Positions 62,320 through 64,000 of a stretch of 64,000 nucleotides of DNA are shown piece after piece. The stretch is from Camelus ferus (lineage: Eukaryota). The stretch's first letter is position 1; every line of letters starts with the position of its first letter. The translations under genes were made by a program, and so were the position numbers. The notes under the pieces are model-generated. The model saw only the letters and a list, made by a program, of their open reading frames with translations, had not been told where the DNA came from and made no database searches. Where the stretch lies: the NCBI RefSeq assembly GCF_009834535.1, contig NC_045696.1, positions 117,182,001 through 117,246,000 on the forward strand, written 5' to 3'.

Positions 62320-63130
62320 TTTTTCTTAGCCAGCTCTGTGTGTTTAAAATTTTGAGTTAGTTGCTAAGATTTAAAAATAAGATGCATTTTACATAAAAAG
62401 CTGGATTTCTGAGTGCTATTGAAAAATTGAAACATCTGTGTGATGGTTAATTTTATGTGTTAACGTGACTGGGCTAAGGGATGCCCAGAGAGCTGGTAAA
62501 ATATTATTTCTGGGTGTGTCTGTGAGGACATTTCTGGAAGAAGTTAACATTTGAACCCGTAGACTAAGCAAAGATCACCCTCACTAATGTAGGTGGGCAC
62601 CTCCAATCTGTTGAGGGACCGAATAGACCAAAGAGATGGAGGAAAGGTGAATCTGCTTTTTCTGCTTGAGCTGAGACACCCATGCACTCCTGTCCTTGGA
62701 TCCTGGCATTCATGGTTCTCAGCCCCTGGGATTTAGCCTGGGACCGGCCTCATTGGCTCCTTGACTCTCAGGTCTTTGGGTCAGACTGGAACTTACACCG
62801 TCAGCTCCCCTGATCTCAGGCCTTCAGACTTGGATTGAATCACACCAGTAGCTTTCCTGGGTCTCCAACTTGCAGGCAGCAGACTGTGGGAGTTTTCAAC
62901 TTCACAGTCACATGAGCCCATTCTTATAATAAGCCTCCTCTTATATATACATATCTGTATATCTATATGTATCCTATTGGGTCTGCTTTTCAGGAGAACC
63001 CTAATAAAACCTGCCAAAACCAGTGAACCTTTTAGACTGGACATGTGTTCTCCAGTTTGGCACAGTCCCCACCACTCCCTGTTGTCCTCTTGACAGATCT
63101 ATTTATCTCATTCTTGTTTCCTGGATGAGA
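62320..63130. mobile_element. MER102-like hAT-Charlie element split by an MLT2 LTR
   Basis: Left: TTTACATAAAAA.CTGGATTTCTG...TTGAAAAAT.GAA.ATCTG; right: TTTAGA.TGG.CATGTG.TCTCCAGTTTG.CACAGTCCCCACCACTCCCT. Confidence 0.65.
62439..63009 (+). mobile_element. MLT2B-type ERVL solo LTR
   Basis: TGTGATGGTTAATTTTATGTGTTAAC.TGACTGGGCTAAGGGATGCCCAGA.AGCTGG...ATCCTATTGG.TCTG.TT.TC.GGAGAACCCT. Confidence 0.92.
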
Positions 63131-63136
63131 CCTCTC

Positions 63137-63604
63137 TGTAGCAGATGCTGTCAAAGCTCTACACTAACGCATTGACCTGCCCCAGAGGTTGCCCTCAGAG
63201 AGCTCAGGTGGCTTCCGGTACCTCGCTGCCTGAGGCTGTTCTCTTCCCACGGGGGTGTGCTTGGAACAGATGTAGACCAGGCCACAGAGCTACTCCCCAC
63301 CCCAATAACCATCAGCCAATGAGATGGGAGTTGCTGGATGAAGATTCCGCCTTGTTTGCCACCTCAGTGCAACAACACTGACATGTTGCCAGGTAGATTC
63401 TCAGAGAGTTCCCAGCAGAATAGAGTCCCAGTTGCCCACTGTGGGGACCCTTTACACATTGACACACTTTAACTGTCTTCACTCTCCTGAGACCCTTCCC
63501 CACCCTGTCACATGCTTTGTGGAATCACCTCCAGTATAAGTCATTGCACCCAAATCCTTGTCTCAGGGTCTGTTTGGGGGGTGGAGGGGAACCAAATGAA
63601 GACA
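63137..63604 (+). mobile_element. LTR16-family ERVL LTR
   Basis: Starts TGTAGCAGATGCTGT; ends TTGCACCCAAATCCTTGTCTCAGGGTCTG...AAGACA. Confidence 0.75.
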
Positions 63605-63759
63605 GGTTCTGAAACCAACTATATTTGTCATCTCTGATTTAGACCATCTTCTGGTTCCTAAGGGCTCTTCAAGAATAAATTTTAGTCTCAGATTGTCATA
63701 GACAGAAATGATTTTAGAGGAGGCAGAGGCATAGGATCACATGTGAACTGTCTGAAGTC

Positions 63760-64000
63760 ACACAGCATCATTGATTCAAAGCCAAGACATTGGAGCAACC
63801 TAAATATCCACTGACAGATGACTGGATAAAGAAGCTGTGGCATATTTATACTATGGAATACTACTCAGCCATAAAAAAGAATAAAATAATGCCATTTGCA
63901 GCAAAATGGATGGACCGAGAGATCATCATTCTAAGTAAAGTAAGCCAGAATGAGAAAGAAAAATACCATGTGGTATCACTCATATGTGGGATCTAAAAAA
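63760..64000 (+). mobile_element. Young L1 ORF2 C-terminus (element continues past the window)
   Basis: ORF 63790-63996 [63 protein letters not shown] is the typical L1 ORF2p C-terminus. Confidence 0.93.

Noticed and set aside
63790..63996. Protein-coding gene at the window end
   Set aside because: It is the C-terminus of L1 ORF2 in a 5'-truncated copy, not a host CDS.
1..64000. Prokaryotic-type systems (operons, CRISPR arrays, defence islands) or another novel multi-gene system
   Set aside because: Sequence is mammalian and repeat-rich, with no ORF above 160 aa and no regularly spaced repeat-spacer array.

Overview
This is mammalian (eutherian) nuclear DNA, not prokaryotic: AT-rich, CpG-depleted and largely made of interspersed repeats. 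Three tRNA-Ala-like SINEs resembling camelid Vic-1, cetartiodactyl-type L1 3' ends, and no recognisable ruminant (Bov-A/BovB) or pig (PRE1) SINEs suggest a camelid (alpaca, llama or camel). I could not recognise any host protein-coding exon. Among the listed ORFs, only L1 ORF2 remnants (55041+, 63790+) have recognisable homology; the rest look spurious. The window reads as an intronic or intergenic region rich in MIR, L2, MLT/ERVL and hAT relics, with several long repeat-free, motif-dense blocks that may be conserved enhancers. The best non-repeat signals are a CpG-enriched candidate promoter/first exon at about 8.1-8.7 kb (strong-Kozak ATG-G directly before a GTAAGC donor) and a weaker candidate minus-strand first exon at about 46.7-47.0 kb. 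Well-supported transposon structures are a twin-primed 5'-inverted L1 with a 12-bp TSD, a 72-bp L1 stub with a 15-bp TSD, a three-level L2>MLT1A>SINE nesting and an ERVL LTR with its polypurine tract. I found no evidence for a novel biological system. Repeat family names come from recalled consensus sequences, not a database search, and boundaries of old repeats are approximate.
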